From: a virus
Lineage: Duplodnaviria > Caudoviricetes
Length of the DNA: 35,053 bases
Direction: 5' to 3' (one strand)
Virus record (IMG/VR): IMGVR_UViG_3300025018_000075
Coordinates: 1 to 35,053 of that record
Shown piece by piece: positions 1 to 8,638 of the stretch. The notes beneath the pieces were generated by a model. The model searched no databases. It was given only the letters and a program-made list of their open reading frames with translations, and had not been told where the DNA came from. A program made the translations under genes and the position numbers. Positions within the stretch are counted from its first letter, which is position 1. Each line of letters opens with the position of its first letter.

Positions 1-127
1 AACCTGTATATCCAGTAGGACCTGTGGCCCCAACTGCTCCATTCGGACCTGTGTAACCAGTAAAACCAGTGTAGCCTGTCGGTCCTGTTACAGTAGAGGC
101 TGCTCCATTCGGACCTGTGTAACCAGT
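1..127. repeat. Terminal overlap, copy 1 (identical to 34927-35053)
   Basis: The first 127 nt match the last 127 nt; 127 is a common assembler k-mer, implying a circular contig of 34,926 bp. Confidence 0.95.
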
Positions 128-574
128 TGGACCGATAGGACCTGTATAACCTGTGAAATTTCCTGGTCCAGTATATCCAGTAGGACCAGTTGGACCCAGA
201 GGGCCTGTATAGCCAGTTGGTCCAGTATAACCTGTGTAACCAGTAAAATTACCTGGACCTGTATAACCAGTAGCGCCTGTGGGGCCTATCGGACCTGTGT
301 AACCTGTTTCTCCAATAGGACCAGTGTAACCAGTAGGGCCTGTGTAGCCTGTAAAATTACCAGCGCCAGTATAGCCTGTTGCTCCAGTTGGACCTAGAGG
401 GCCTGTGTAGCCTGTAGGACCGATTGGCCCAGTGTAACCTGTAAAACCTGTCGCTCCTGTGGGACCGATTGGTCCTGTGTAACCAGTGGGGCCTAAAGGA
501 CCAGTGTAACCAGTTGGACCAGTGGGGCCAGTAGGACCCAAAGGACCAGTATAGCCAGTAGGGCCAGTGGCTCC
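1..574 (-). repeat. Collagen triplet repeats (GPT/GYT/GAT/GFT)
   Basis: 9-nt periodic repeats such as ggaccagtgtaaccagt encode G-X-T triplets. Confidence 0.95.
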
Positions 575-691
575 GATCAATTCATCCTTTGTGGCCTTTT
601 TTGTTTCGTTAGCGGCAATATCGACAAAAGGAATCCAGTCAGTTGCGGCTGGTGTTCCTGTGGTCAATTCGCTTATTTTTTTATCAGGCAT
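1..691 (-). CDS. Collagen-like (Gly-X-Thr) fibre protein, 5' part; continues across the join to 34085 (~510 aa in total)
   Basis: ATG at 691 gives [50 protein letters not shown]...; circular length 691 to 34085 is 1533 nt, in frame with the 34085..34732 ORF. Not in the ORF track. Confidence 0.9.
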   Translation of the reverse strand, partial: MPDKKISELTTGTPAATDWIPFVDIAANETKKATKDELIGATGPTGYTGPLGPTGPTGPTGYTGPLGPTGYTGPIGPTGATGFTGYTGPIGPTGYTGPLGPTGATGYTGAGNFTGYTGPTGYTGPIGETGYTGPIGPTGATGYTGPGNFTGYTGYTGPTGYTGPLGPTGPTGYTGPGNFTGYTGPIGPTGYTGPNGAASTVTGPTGYTGFTGYTGPNGAVGATGPTGYTG

Positions 692-695
692 ATTT

Positions 696-866
696 TTAAG
701 CTTTACTATCGTTAGTATATAAATTATCTGGGACATTATTATAACTCGCTTGCAGCTCTATTTTAAATCCGCTTTCTTGAAGCAGATATGACAAAGACTG
801 TTGAAGGAGATAATAAACCCCAAAGTCGAAAGTTGATGCTGGTTTTGTGTCGTTTGAAAAACTCAT
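696..866 (-). CDS. Small putative virion protein (56 aa)
   Basis: [56 protein letters not shown]; fills the gap between adaptor and fibre genes; repeated YLLQ motif. Not in the ORF track. Confidence 0.75.
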   Translation of the reverse strand: MSFSNDTKPASTFDFGVYYLLQQSLSYLLQESGFKIELQASYNNVPDNLYTNDSKA

Positions 867-868
867 AA

Positions 869-1591
869 TTATTCAAAGTTCTGTTTTTTAGCGGTAATCT
901 CTACTGGGTTATCATCTTTGTATCTCTCGGAATAAAATTCCTCTAACTGTGCTGAGGCTTTATCGTAATTCTTGATTAATAAAGGTAGGGTAGGGGAATT
1001 GGGCTGATTGATCTCTAGCCATGAAATAGCTGCTCCTAAACCGACCATTGAATGGAAAGGAGAGGCAAATCCAGGGACCTCGGTGGTGTCATCGTAGGCA
1101 AAGTCCACTGCATCTCTTGAAAAGAAAACTTTTAATCCGCCAGTAGAGGCATAATTAGGGACTGGTAAAAGTTCGATTGTATCTCCATTCAAGAAATACC
1201 CCTCAGGAGTTCCGTTTTGAGTTTCTAAGTAACCAAGAGCAGCGCTACCTTTTTCCTTGCTAATTGGATCAAGCTTTTTCCAATTTCCATTAGCATCTTT
1301 GATTTCTATTCTCTCGACAGTCAGCGCAGTTGCAGGCAAAGCATATCTATAAGTCCCAGACACTAAATCGGTAACACCTTGAGGAAGATCTGTCTGTTTG
1401 CTGTCATCCCAGCGCCAAGTCCCAGAGGCAGAAAATATCAAAGACCAAATATCACTGACCGCATCATTCGCGTAGGTGGTAAATTCTTTTAATAAAGTTG
1501 TATCTCCGCTAATTGACCCATAACCAAGAGAAGTTTTCTTCTCCATATATTGGATCAATCCTTGAAGATTTGTTGTGTCGTTAAATTGAAT
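869..1591 (-). CDS. Head-tail adaptor / tail tubular protein A-like
   Basis: Motifs DLVSGTYRYALP, GTPEGYF, IELLPVP..GLKVFF and PGFASPFH are typical of phage adaptors. The frame is open up to an ATT at 1591; alternative starts are TTG 1558 and ATG 1546. Confidence 0.7.
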   Translation of the reverse strand: MQFNDTTNLQGLIQYMEKKTSLGYGSISGDTTLLKEFTTYANDAVSDIWSLIFSASGTWRWDDSKQTDLPQGVTDLVSGTYRYALPATALTVERIEIKDANGNWKKLDPISKEKGSAALGYLETQNGTPEGYFLNGDTIELLPVPNYASTGGLKVFFSRDAVDFAYDDTTEVPGFASPFHSMVGLGAAISWLEINQPNSPTLPLLIKNYDKASAQLEEFYSERYKDDNPVEITAKKQNFE

Positions 1592-1595
1592 ATGA

Positions 1596-2075
1596 TTATT
1601 TAATGAAGGATAAAAATTGTTCTAAATTATTGTTACCTTTACCATATTTATTATGGAATTTTTTGTGGCAATTTGAACAAAGAGTTACCCCATTATTGAT
1701 GTTAAAAATTAATTTGATATTATTATTAAAACTTTCGATATGATGTGCCTCTAAATTACCTCCTCTATCACTACATTTCTGACATGACCATTTATCTCTT
1801 AAAAATATTTTAGTTCTCCATTTTTTATATCTGACACTTCCCCTAATAATATTATTAATTTTACTTTTTCCTCCATCCCATCTAGGATTATTTTCTCCCA
1901 TCATTATACCAGAATGTCCTATCCCCTTACATTTCCTGCTGCAATAAATTGCTTTAAGATATTGGCTTACTCTTATTCTTTTTTCTCCTTGTTTAGTATT
2001 TCTCTTTATATCTTTATGGCAAATAATACATTGTCTAATATTTATTATTTTCTTTTTTTCTGATCTTCTATCCAT
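1596..2075 (-). CDS. HNH homing endonuclease
   Basis: CxxC..YCSxxC, NPRWDGG, WRxxIFxRDxWxCxxC, EAHHI..NGVTLCxxCH..H; AT-rich. Confidence 0.9.
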   Translation of the reverse strand: MDRRSEKKKIINIRQCIICHKDIKRNTKQGEKRIRVSQYLKAIYCSRKCKGIGHSGIMMGENNPRWDGGKSKINNIIRGSVRYKKWRTKIFLRDKWSCQKCSDRGGNLEAHHIESFNNNIKLIFNINNGVTLCSNCHKKFHNKYGKGNNNLEQFLSFIK

Positions 2076-2076
2076 G

Positions 2077-3201
2077 TTATTTTAATATTTTATCAAATAC
2101 TTTTTCCCATTTGTAAATGTGATCCTGTATTCTCCACTCTTTTTGAATATGATCATAAGCATTCTGGCCTATTTTATCCCTTAATTCCTCACTCTTAATC
2201 AATTTATCTAACTTTTTAACCCATTGATTGGTATTAGAGGCAAGAAAACCAGTTTTTCCGTCAGTTATCGTCTTAACTCCCTGTATTTTTTTGTAATAAG
2301 GGTAAACTTTTGAAGCTACCGCTGGGATCTTAAAGGTCGCGTATTCCATCCATTTGATATGGCTCTTATTGCGGTTAAACTCGTCATTGATCAGCGGACA
2401 AATACCGATATCCCATTTTCTTCGAGAAAGTGCGCGTGGATATTTTTTCCAGCTCGGAGTCCCACCAATAACCTTGACTCGGTTAAACATTTCATCGGTA
2501 AATTGATCAAATAGTTCTTTAATCATATAAAGTTCGATTCCGCCCATAAATTCCAAGTGCAGATTATGGTATCTATCCATTAAGATTTTTAGCGCTGGCA
2601 TAACAAGTTTCAAATCTCCTAAATGGGTCGTTGATCCTTGCCATCCGATAATAATCTTATTTCTATCGGCATTTTTTCGGTGGCTATATTTAAATTCTGC
2701 AAAGTCATGACAATTAGGCAAAACATCAGGGACTATTTTCTTTTTGTTGTGCTTCTTAGACCATTTTTCGTAATAATCTGCCAAAGGCTGAGTCGAAACG
2801 ATTAAATGAGTCGCAAGCGATAAATAAGCGCTTAGAATTCCTTTTTTTTGGCTTCCAGGATGATAATATTTATAACCTGGCTGATCTGGGCGCACTTCGA
2901 AATAGTTGTCATCAAGATCCACTATCAATGGTTTCTTAAAATGATTAGCCATGAAGCACAGCGCAGAGGCCGCTTGAGGGTTGTCCACCGCTTTGGTAAC
3001 TACTGCATCATATTCTGTAAAAAGTTTGGTAAAGATCTGGGCTAAATCGCCTGGCCAATCCTTGATTTCTTTTCCGATAATATCAATCTGATATTTCGTA
3101 ATATATTTGGCTGGTTGAATCAATCTGTAATAACCGACACCGCTATATTGTTTATCTTTAGTATTGTTCCAAGTGTTTTCTATGAATGCTATTTTTTTCA
3201 T
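2077..3201 (-). CDS. Glycosyltransferase, GT-B/GT4-like
   Basis: GVGYYRL, DLDDN, IGWQGS..H..DL, DIGICPL..FN..KS.IKWMEY, DGKTGFLA. Confidence 0.9.
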   Translation of the reverse strand: MKKIAFIENTWNNTKDKQYSGVGYYRLIQPAKYITKYQIDIIGKEIKDWPGDLAQIFTKLFTEYDAVVTKAVDNPQAASALCFMANHFKKPLIVDLDDNYFEVRPDQPGYKYYHPGSQKKGILSAYLSLATHLIVSTQPLADYYEKWSKKHNKKKIVPDVLPNCHDFAEFKYSHRKNADRNKIIIGWQGSTTHLGDLKLVMPALKILMDRYHNLHLEFMGGIELYMIKELFDQFTDEMFNRVKVIGGTPSWKKYPRALSRRKWDIGICPLINDEFNRNKSHIKWMEYATFKIPAVASKVYPYYKKIQGVKTITDGKTGFLASNTNQWVKKLDKLIKSEELRDKIGQNAYDHIQKEWRIQDHIYKWEKVFDKILK

Positions 3202-3222
3202 ATTTAATTGCCCTCTTAATAA

Positions 3223-3945
3223 TTAAATAATATCTATAATTCGTCTGATCCCTTGCTCCAGGCTGACTTTAGTCTTTACACACCCTACTGGAGTGTCCTG
3301 GATATAAGAATCAGGTTTATTTATGTAAATTGGTTCGATCTTAGTGCCTAAAACTTTATTAATGATTGAAATTACTTCATTAAAGCTGGTATTTACTCCA
3401 GTTCCAAGCTCCACAATTCCAGTCCGACCTTCGGCCACTAGATCCATAATGTTGTCGATGACATCGTCTATGAAAATGAAATCTCTCGTCTGAGTTCCAT
3501 CTCCCCAAATCACTGGGCGCTCTCCGCGCTTCATTTGCTTACACCACTGATAAATGATTGATGCATACTCTCCCTTATGTCCTTCTCCTGGCCCATAGGA
3601 GGCTGAAATTCGCAATCCTAGAGCTTTTAGACCATAGGCCTGGTGTATTTCCTCCAAACAAGCTTTACAGCGCGCATAGGAGTTATTTTTGTTGTTTACA
3701 GTCGCGCTAGATGGATAAATCAGGTAGGCTCCATGTTCTTTGCAGAACGATGCCATTGATAGGAAGCTTCCGATAGTTTCTCTTAGGCAATAGTCTAAAT
3801 TCTTATTAAACAGAATGACCGATGATGGAGATCCAAAGAAATATACCGCCTCGTTTCCTTTTTGAGGGGTGGTGTCGAATTCTCCCAGTCTTTTAGCAAT
3901 CTCTTTTCCGAGAAAGCCATTTCTGCCTAATAAACAATTTTTCAT
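3223..3945 (-). CDS. NAD-dependent nucleotide-sugar epimerase/dehydratase (extended SDR, HldD-like motif)
   Basis: GxxGFLG, SSA, YARCK (YxxxK), YGPGEGHKG..ASII, GDGTQTRDFIFIDD. Confidence 0.9.
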   Translation of the reverse strand: MKNCLLGRNGFLGKEIAKRLGEFDTTPQKGNEAVYFFGSPSSVILFNKNLDYCLRETIGSFLSMASFCKEHGAYLIYPSSATVNNKNNSYARCKACLEEIHQAYGLKALGLRISASYGPGEGHKGEYASIIYQWCKQMKRGERPVIWGDGTQTRDFIFIDDVIDNIMDLVAEGRTGIVELGTGVNTSFNEVISIINKVLGTKIEPIYINKPDSYIQDTPVGCVKTKVSLEQGIRRIIDII

Positions 3946-4568
3946 AAATATTTTTTCCTAGTTTGCTCGGCTTGCGCCAGCTGCTCGCCTGTTATTTTTT
4001 GAGTGATCTGCCCTTCATGGACTGTGTAATTTGCTAACACTCTGTCGGTCCATATTGGTTCGTATTTTTTACCTATTCTTAGCCAATATTCGTAATCTGA
4101 TGTTAAGTCTTGGTCCTCGCACATACCCCCTAGTTCGTTATACAAATCTCGTTTCCAATAAACTGCTGGCTGTGGGACTATGTTGTTTTGCTTCAATCTC
4201 TCGTAGTTATAAGTTTCTCCGTATAATTGATCCCCCATCAGAATTCTACCGACTAACCATTTATGACCTCCGATGTTGTCTATCACGAATCTGAATGTCC
4301 CAGGCGCTATCAAATCGTCATCATTGGCCCAGACAAATATATCTCCTGTCGCTTTCGCCATCGCTTGGTTCATCGCATCTGTAATTCCTCGGTCCCTGCC
4401 GCCTATATATCTGATCCGAGCATCTTTAGGGAGTAAATGCTCGATTGAATCTCCGCCATCCTTAACTATTATTTCGAAATTGTCATAATCCTGAGCGAGA
4501 ATTGCCTCAACCGCCTTAACGATGAAGTCTGGTCGGTTAAAAGTTGGCATGAAAGCAGAAATCTTCAT
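3942..4568 (-). CDS. Glycosyltransferase family 2
   Basis: ISAFMPTFNR, EIIVKDGG, DRGITDAMN, NDDD, DYEYWLR. Confidence 0.92.
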   Translation of the reverse strand: MKISAFMPTFNRPDFIVKAVEAILAQDYDNFEIIVKDGGDSIEHLLPKDARIRYIGGRDRGITDAMNQAMAKATGDIFVWANDDDLIAPGTFRFVIDNIGGHKWLVGRILMGDQLYGETYNYERLKQNNIVPQPAVYWKRDLYNELGGMCEDQDLTSDYEYWLRIGKKYEPIWTDRVLANYTVHEGQITQKITGEQLAQAEQTRKKYL

Positions 4569-5134
4569 AAATTTTCATATATTGCATGGTAAATTGATTG
4601 GTTCCCCTTGTCGTTTCTCTCGATCATGCTATCTAGGAGCTTAAATCCCTTCAAATACTTCTTAACCATGTCCTCATCCCATAGATCATAATGGCATGGG
4701 CTTAAATAGTCATCGAAATTAACCTGGAAATACAATTTACAACCTTTTTTAAGCACTCGCTTGATTTCTGAGATCATTTTATCTGGATTCGGAGTATGGT
4801 CGATCACATTACAGCAGAAAACATAGTCGAAATAGTCCTTTGGGAAAGGTATTTCCTCTCCGCTGGCGGTCAAATAAGCTACATTTCCATCCTTTTTATA
4901 GTCATAAATCTCATTATACTTGTCATTTAAAGGGTCTATGGCTACTATCTGATTCTTTAATCCGCTAAACACCGACACTAATCCATTACCTAGATCAAGG
5001 CCTATTCCATCGCGGTCAGGCAAATCAGGAAAGAATTTCATCTTTATTTTTCCGTCAGCGACTCTAAACTCTGGATAGGCTTCCGAATAAATGCTTCTCC
5101 AAAAATCTAGTTCGTGTGTTTGCTTAATCTCCAT
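4565..5134 (-). CDS. Class I SAM-dependent methyltransferase
   Basis: LDLGNG motif I, AIDP, GEEIPFPKDYFDYVFCCNVIDH, EIKRVLK. Confidence 0.9.
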   Translation of the reverse strand: MEIKQTHELDFWRSIYSEAYPEFRVADGKIKMKFFPDLPDRDGIGLDLGNGLVSVFSGLKNQIVAIDPLNDKYNEIYDYKKDGNVAYLTASGEEIPFPKDYFDYVFCCNVIDHTPNPDKMISEIKRVLKKGCKLYFQVNFDDYLSPCHYDLWDEDMVKKYLKGFKLLDSMIERNDKGNQSIYHAIYENL

Positions 5135-5396
5135 ATTTTAGATCTCGATATAGGGGACTTATTACTAAGGGGATCCCTAGTTCTCGGCATGAATTAACTT
5201 TCTCAGGGACATTTCTCACATCCCAAACAAACAAGTGGATCAAATCGTATTTTAACATCTCTGCTTGGCTCTCGCGGTATTTATCGATTATATCAACTTC
5301 TAGTCCCAGTTTCCTGAGGCTCTCCGCTGTCTTCTGGACCTGGATAAAGTCCCCACCGATTCCGTCTATTGGCCTTGTCCATAATAACACCTTCAT
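5124..5396 (-). CDS. Truncated GT4 N-terminal-domain paralogue (90 aa)
   Basis: MKVLLWTRP..IGGDFIQVQKTAESL aligns with MKILYTNRP..IGGDYVQMLKTAEHL of 5293..6321. Confidence 0.75.
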   Translation of the reverse strand: MKVLLWTRPIDGIGGDFIQVQKTAESLRKLGLEVDIIDKYRESQAEMLKYDLIHLFVWDVRNVPEKVNSCRELGIPLVISPLYRDLKYGD

Positions 5397-6321
5397 AAAT
5401 TTCTTTTATTTCCTGGGCTACATTTTCCCATAAATAATGTCTGACTAAATCGCTTGGGCTTCCAATAAGCTCCGATCTTAGGGTGTCCTTCTTCTTAATC
5501 GATGTTTCAATCGCGGCCTTAATGCTTTCTTGGTTATCAAACTCGCATAAAGTAACACAAGCTGGTTTCCATTCGCTATGGTCCGTTAAAACAATACTGC
5601 AATCCTGGGCCATCGCTTCCATTACTACTAAGCTCATGATCTCAGCGCGTGATGCTAGGCACATTACCTCACAAGTCGCGTAGAGATTGATCAGTTCTTT
5701 CTGGTTCTGGGGACCAATTAAGATCCCTCCTTCGGCCTCGACTAATTTACTATATTCTTCATCGTATCTTTCGCCAGCGCAGATATATTTCTTTCCTAAT
5801 TCTTTACAGGCTTTAGCTGTCGCGAGCTGACCCTTAGAAGGTTCGACTCTGCCGACAGTCAGAACAAATTTCTCATTAGCTTTTACTCTCGGTTTCTTAA
5901 ACCAGGATTTATCGATTCCGTTCATTACGAAGTGGACTTTCTTTCGATCTATTTTTAAATGTCTTTCTGCTCTAGCCAGTTCGCCTTCATTTAAGAAAAT
6001 AAGCGCATCCGCCACATCGGCCATGATTTGCTGTTGGTCATAAGGAATAAATTGATCACTTTCATGATAAATCATAGAAACTACTAAAGGTTTTTTATGG
6101 ATCTCAGCCATTATCACTGCGTATTTGGCCCAGATCATACTAAAATTCCAAGTATGAATGATATCAAATTCTCGGACCCTGATCGCTGGACTTAAGAGGG
6201 GAGTTTCGATTATTTCGATCTCCATCCCTAAGTTACCTAAATGCTCGGCTGTCTTTAACATCTGGACATAATCTCCACCGATCCAAGCGCTCTGAGGTCT
6301 GTTTGTATATAAAATCTTCAT
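5293..6321 (-). CDS. Glycosyltransferase family 4
   Basis: GGD, DIIH, NGID, VGRVEPSKG, SRAEIMSLVVMEAMA (E-x7-E). Confidence 0.92.
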   Translation of the reverse strand: MKILYTNRPQSAWIGGDYVQMLKTAEHLGNLGMEIEIIETPLLSPAIRVREFDIIHTWNFSMIWAKYAVIMAEIHKKPLVVSMIYHESDQFIPYDQQQIMADVADALIFLNEGELARAERHLKIDRKKVHFVMNGIDKSWFKKPRVKANEKFVLTVGRVEPSKGQLATAKACKELGKKYICAGERYDEEYSKLVEAEGGILIGPQNQKELINLYATCEVMCLASRAEIMSLVVMEAMAQDCSIVLTDHSEWKPACVTLCEFDNQESIKAAIETSIKKKDTLRSELIGSPSDLVRHYLWENVAQEIKEIYEGVIMDKANRRNRWGLYPGPEDSGEPQETGTRS

Positions 6322-6662
6322 ACCTTTCCTTTTTTCTTATAATAAGCATCAAGATCATCATCAGACATTGTTAAAAGGTTATAGGTTTCTTCGTCTGCTA
6401 GCTTAGCGACAAAGGCCTTAGCCATACTTGTAACTGTTTCAATACTTCTGTGAGGTCTGCCGAAATCATCAGTGTAACCTGGATCAGCTTCCTCCCTGAT
6501 CTCCCTACTAGGGCAGGCGCAGATATCTAACTGCTTCCCACTCTTTGGGTCGTTGTAGCGGACACTCATGATGTCTTTAACATTATGTTGTGAAAGATCG
6601 ACTATCTCGATATGCTCGCTTACTTCTTTTTTGAGCTTCTGCTCAAAGTCTTCTATTTTCAT
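6318..6662 (-). CDS. Hypothetical protein (114 aa; likely start MKIEDF at 6662)
   Basis: ATG in the genome-typical AT-rich context; the longer TTG-start version runs through a hairpin. Confidence 0.7.
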   Translation of the reverse strand: MKIEDFEQKLKKEVSEHIEIVDLSQHNVKDIMSVRYNDPKSGKQLDICACPSREIREEADPGYTDDFGRPHRSIETVTSMAKAFVAKLADEETYNLLTMSDDDLDAYYKKKGKV

Positions 6663-6665
6663 AAA

Positions 6666-6721
6666 CTTGCTTACCCTCTTGCTCGGCTTCTGAGGAGGGC
6701 CACAGAGCCGAGCAAGCAAGT
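6666..6721 (-). terminator. Strong hairpin after the capsid gene (terminator or mRNA stabiliser)
   Basis: CTTGCTCGGCT..AGCCGAGCAAG inverted repeat at 6678-6716, with alternative outer arms ACTTGCTT/AAGCAAGT; no clean U-tract. Confidence 0.6.
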
Positions 6722-6749
6722 ATATTAAATTAATAATCTTGTAAATTCG

Positions 6750-7664
6750 TTAGGCAGTTACACCAGTTTGAATCTTGATGATCCAATTAGCGTTTAATAC
6801 CTTAGCAACGAAAGTAGCTTTCCAGCCGATGGTTGAATACAAATCCAAAGGATTGGAAGTGTCATTCATGCCAGGATTCTTTACATAAATCCTCTTATCA
6901 GGTTGGCCTGCTAAGTTTATTGTTCCGTATGCATTCGCTCCGAAGACATAGGTTTCATAAACATTAACAGTAGAAGCTACATACACCTCGTTGTTAGTTT
7001 CAACGAAGCGAACACCATGCAAAGCGCCAACTTGGCCATTCTTATAGAATTCTGTGTTTACATAGGTGTTGGCAGCTAACCAATCGCTGTTACCACGAAG
7101 ATCATAAGCCGCGGAAACAGGCATGATTCCTCGGAAGAAACCATCACTGAAAGGCTTGGCTTTATTTTGCTTCAAAGTTCTAGCAGCTTTACGGATTTCT
7201 GCGCCTGTCAAAGTGTCAGTAGCGGCTACCGCTGTCAATACCTTGCCACTCACGATTTGAGCAGTTCCGCCAGCTGACAAAGCTGCGGCAATTAAAGTAT
7301 CAAGGGTTTCTCCTGCGTTTTGACCCATAACTTCGACATGTTCTTTCAAACCGACATCAATAGATGTCATATCGAATAGGCTAGAAACGACAGTGTAGGT
7401 CCCATATTCGGCCACAGTTGCGCTAACAATAGTGGAAGACATGGAAACTGCAGAAGGGCTAGTCCCTTCGGTTAAGGCAGTAGTTGCAACTGCCAAAGGA
7501 GAGAATCTATTAAAGTAAACAGTTTTACCACTGTTTAGAGGAACAGATTTCTTCTGTGCGCCATAATCATAGCGGATGTCGGCTTCTGCGCGATCAAGGA
7601 ACACCTTGTCGTAGAAGATCGACATTAACTGGGTTAAACCAGTAGTCGTTGAGTTTGCACTCAT
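6750..7664 (-). CDS. Major capsid protein (N4-gp56 family-like)
   Basis: PLNSGKTVYFNRF, LTEG, GQVGALHGVRFVET, NPLDLYSTIGWK; follows the scaffold gene. Confidence 0.92.
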   Translation of the reverse strand: MSANSTTTGLTQLMSIFYDKVFLDRAEADIRYDYGAQKKSVPLNSGKTVYFNRFSPLAVATTALTEGTSPSAVSMSSTIVSATVAEYGTYTVVSSLFDMTSIDVGLKEHVEVMGQNAGETLDTLIAAALSAGGTAQIVSGKVLTAVAATDTLTGAEIRKAARTLKQNKAKPFSDGFFRGIMPVSAAYDLRGNSDWLAANTYVNTEFYKNGQVGALHGVRFVETNNEVYVASTVNVYETYVFGANAYGTINLAGQPDKRIYVKNPGMNDTSNPLDLYSTIGWKATFVAKVLNANWIIKIQTGVTA

Positions 7665-7697
7665 ATTCTTAATATTTTAAGTAACGATTTTGGTCGT

Positions 7698-8243
7698 TTA
7701 CTTCGGCTGCGCTTTAGGCAAGATCTTTTCAAGCTCGGAAACAGGCATGTCCCTGAGTTGGTCGTGAGTGAATTTCTTCTCCACTTCACTACCGCCTCCA
7801 GTGTCCTCGCCAATAGTGGCTTTCTCAGCCGCAGACTTGGCGCGCATTTCGGTTATCCCAGCCATAATGATTGGGTCCTCTAAGGCTTTAACTCCTCCGT
7901 ATTTCTGTAAAACAGAAATTTCTTCGTCATTATAACCTCTGGATCTCAAGTCGATGGCCTCTAAACGATCTGAATTTGGATCATCAGCCGATGGTTTTTT
8001 AGGTTCTTTACTAATAGGTTCAAAAGTTATTGGATCAAGTAATCCAGCCTCCACCGCCTTAGAGCGGTAGGCTACTTTCTGATCTATCGCCTTTGAAAGG
8101 CTCTTTTGTGATTCAATTCGATCCGCAACGATCTTGTCGATTACTACCTTGTTAGTTTCATCCTCAGGATCTAGGCCGAATTCTGTAATCACATTTGCTT
8201 TAACCTCCTCTGTGGTCAAGACTTTTTTGTTGTCATCTGACAT
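7698..8243 (-). CDS. Putative capsid scaffolding protein
   Basis: Acidic, helical, directly upstream of the capsid gene. Confidence 0.65.
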   Translation of the reverse strand: MSDDNKKVLTTEEVKANVITEFGLDPEDETNKVVIDKIVADRIESQKSLSKAIDQKVAYRSKAVEAGLLDPITFEPISKEPKKPSADDPNSDRLEAIDLRSRGYNDEEISVLQKYGGVKALEDPIIMAGITEMRAKSAAEKATIGEDTGGGSEVEKKFTHDQLRDMPVSELEKILPKAQPK

Positions 8244-8317
8244 AATCTTTTTTTTGTTCTCATAGCGAAGCCTCTGCCTTTCTATGAAATTATATTTATA
8301 AGCCTATCTGGCTTAAT

Positions 8318-8359
8318 TGTGGTAGCCGAGGAATCGAACCTCGGAATAACCATTCTACC
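8318..8359 (-). ncRNA. tRNA-like T-arm/acceptor minihelix
   Basis: Minus strand GGTAG-AATGGTTATT-CCGAGG-TTCGATT-CCTCGG-CTACC-ACA. Confidence 0.5.
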
Positions 8360-8637
8360 TACTCGTTGGAATCTCTAGGGTCGCTCCCTGATGGATTGGC
8401 CTTAGAAGCGAGTAATTTAGCATCTCCAAAAAATGAAGTAACCAGCGCGTGAAAGTGTTTCCTGGCGCGGATCTCTCCTTTTATTGAAAGTGCAGTGTCG
8501 TTTATATTTAAATTATCAATATCCTTTAATGGCTCAATATAATCTAAAAACATATCTTCGACCAAGTGCCATTCTGGATCTCGGAAGAATTTATCTCTCA
8601 GAGCTTTCATTTGTTCTGCGGTATATATTTTAGCCAT
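8359..8637 (-). CDS. Hypothetical protein between portal and scaffold
   Basis: 92 aa ORF tightly packed in the head operon. Confidence 0.8.
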   Translation of the reverse strand: MAKIYTAEQMKALRDKFFRDPEWHLVEDMFLDYIEPLKDIDNLNINDTALSIKGEIRARKHFHALVTSFFGDAKLLASKANPSGSDPRDSNE

Positions 8638-8638
8638 A

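Noticed and set aside
1-574. CRISPR array
   Set aside because: The repeats are degenerate 9-nt coding triplets with no spacers and no cas genes.
4565-5134. DNA methyltransferase
   Set aside because: No DPPY/NPPY or PCQ motif; a small-molecule-type enzyme in a glycan context.
8318-8359. attP site from a tRNA 3' end
   Set aside because: No integrase was found and integration here would break the head operon.
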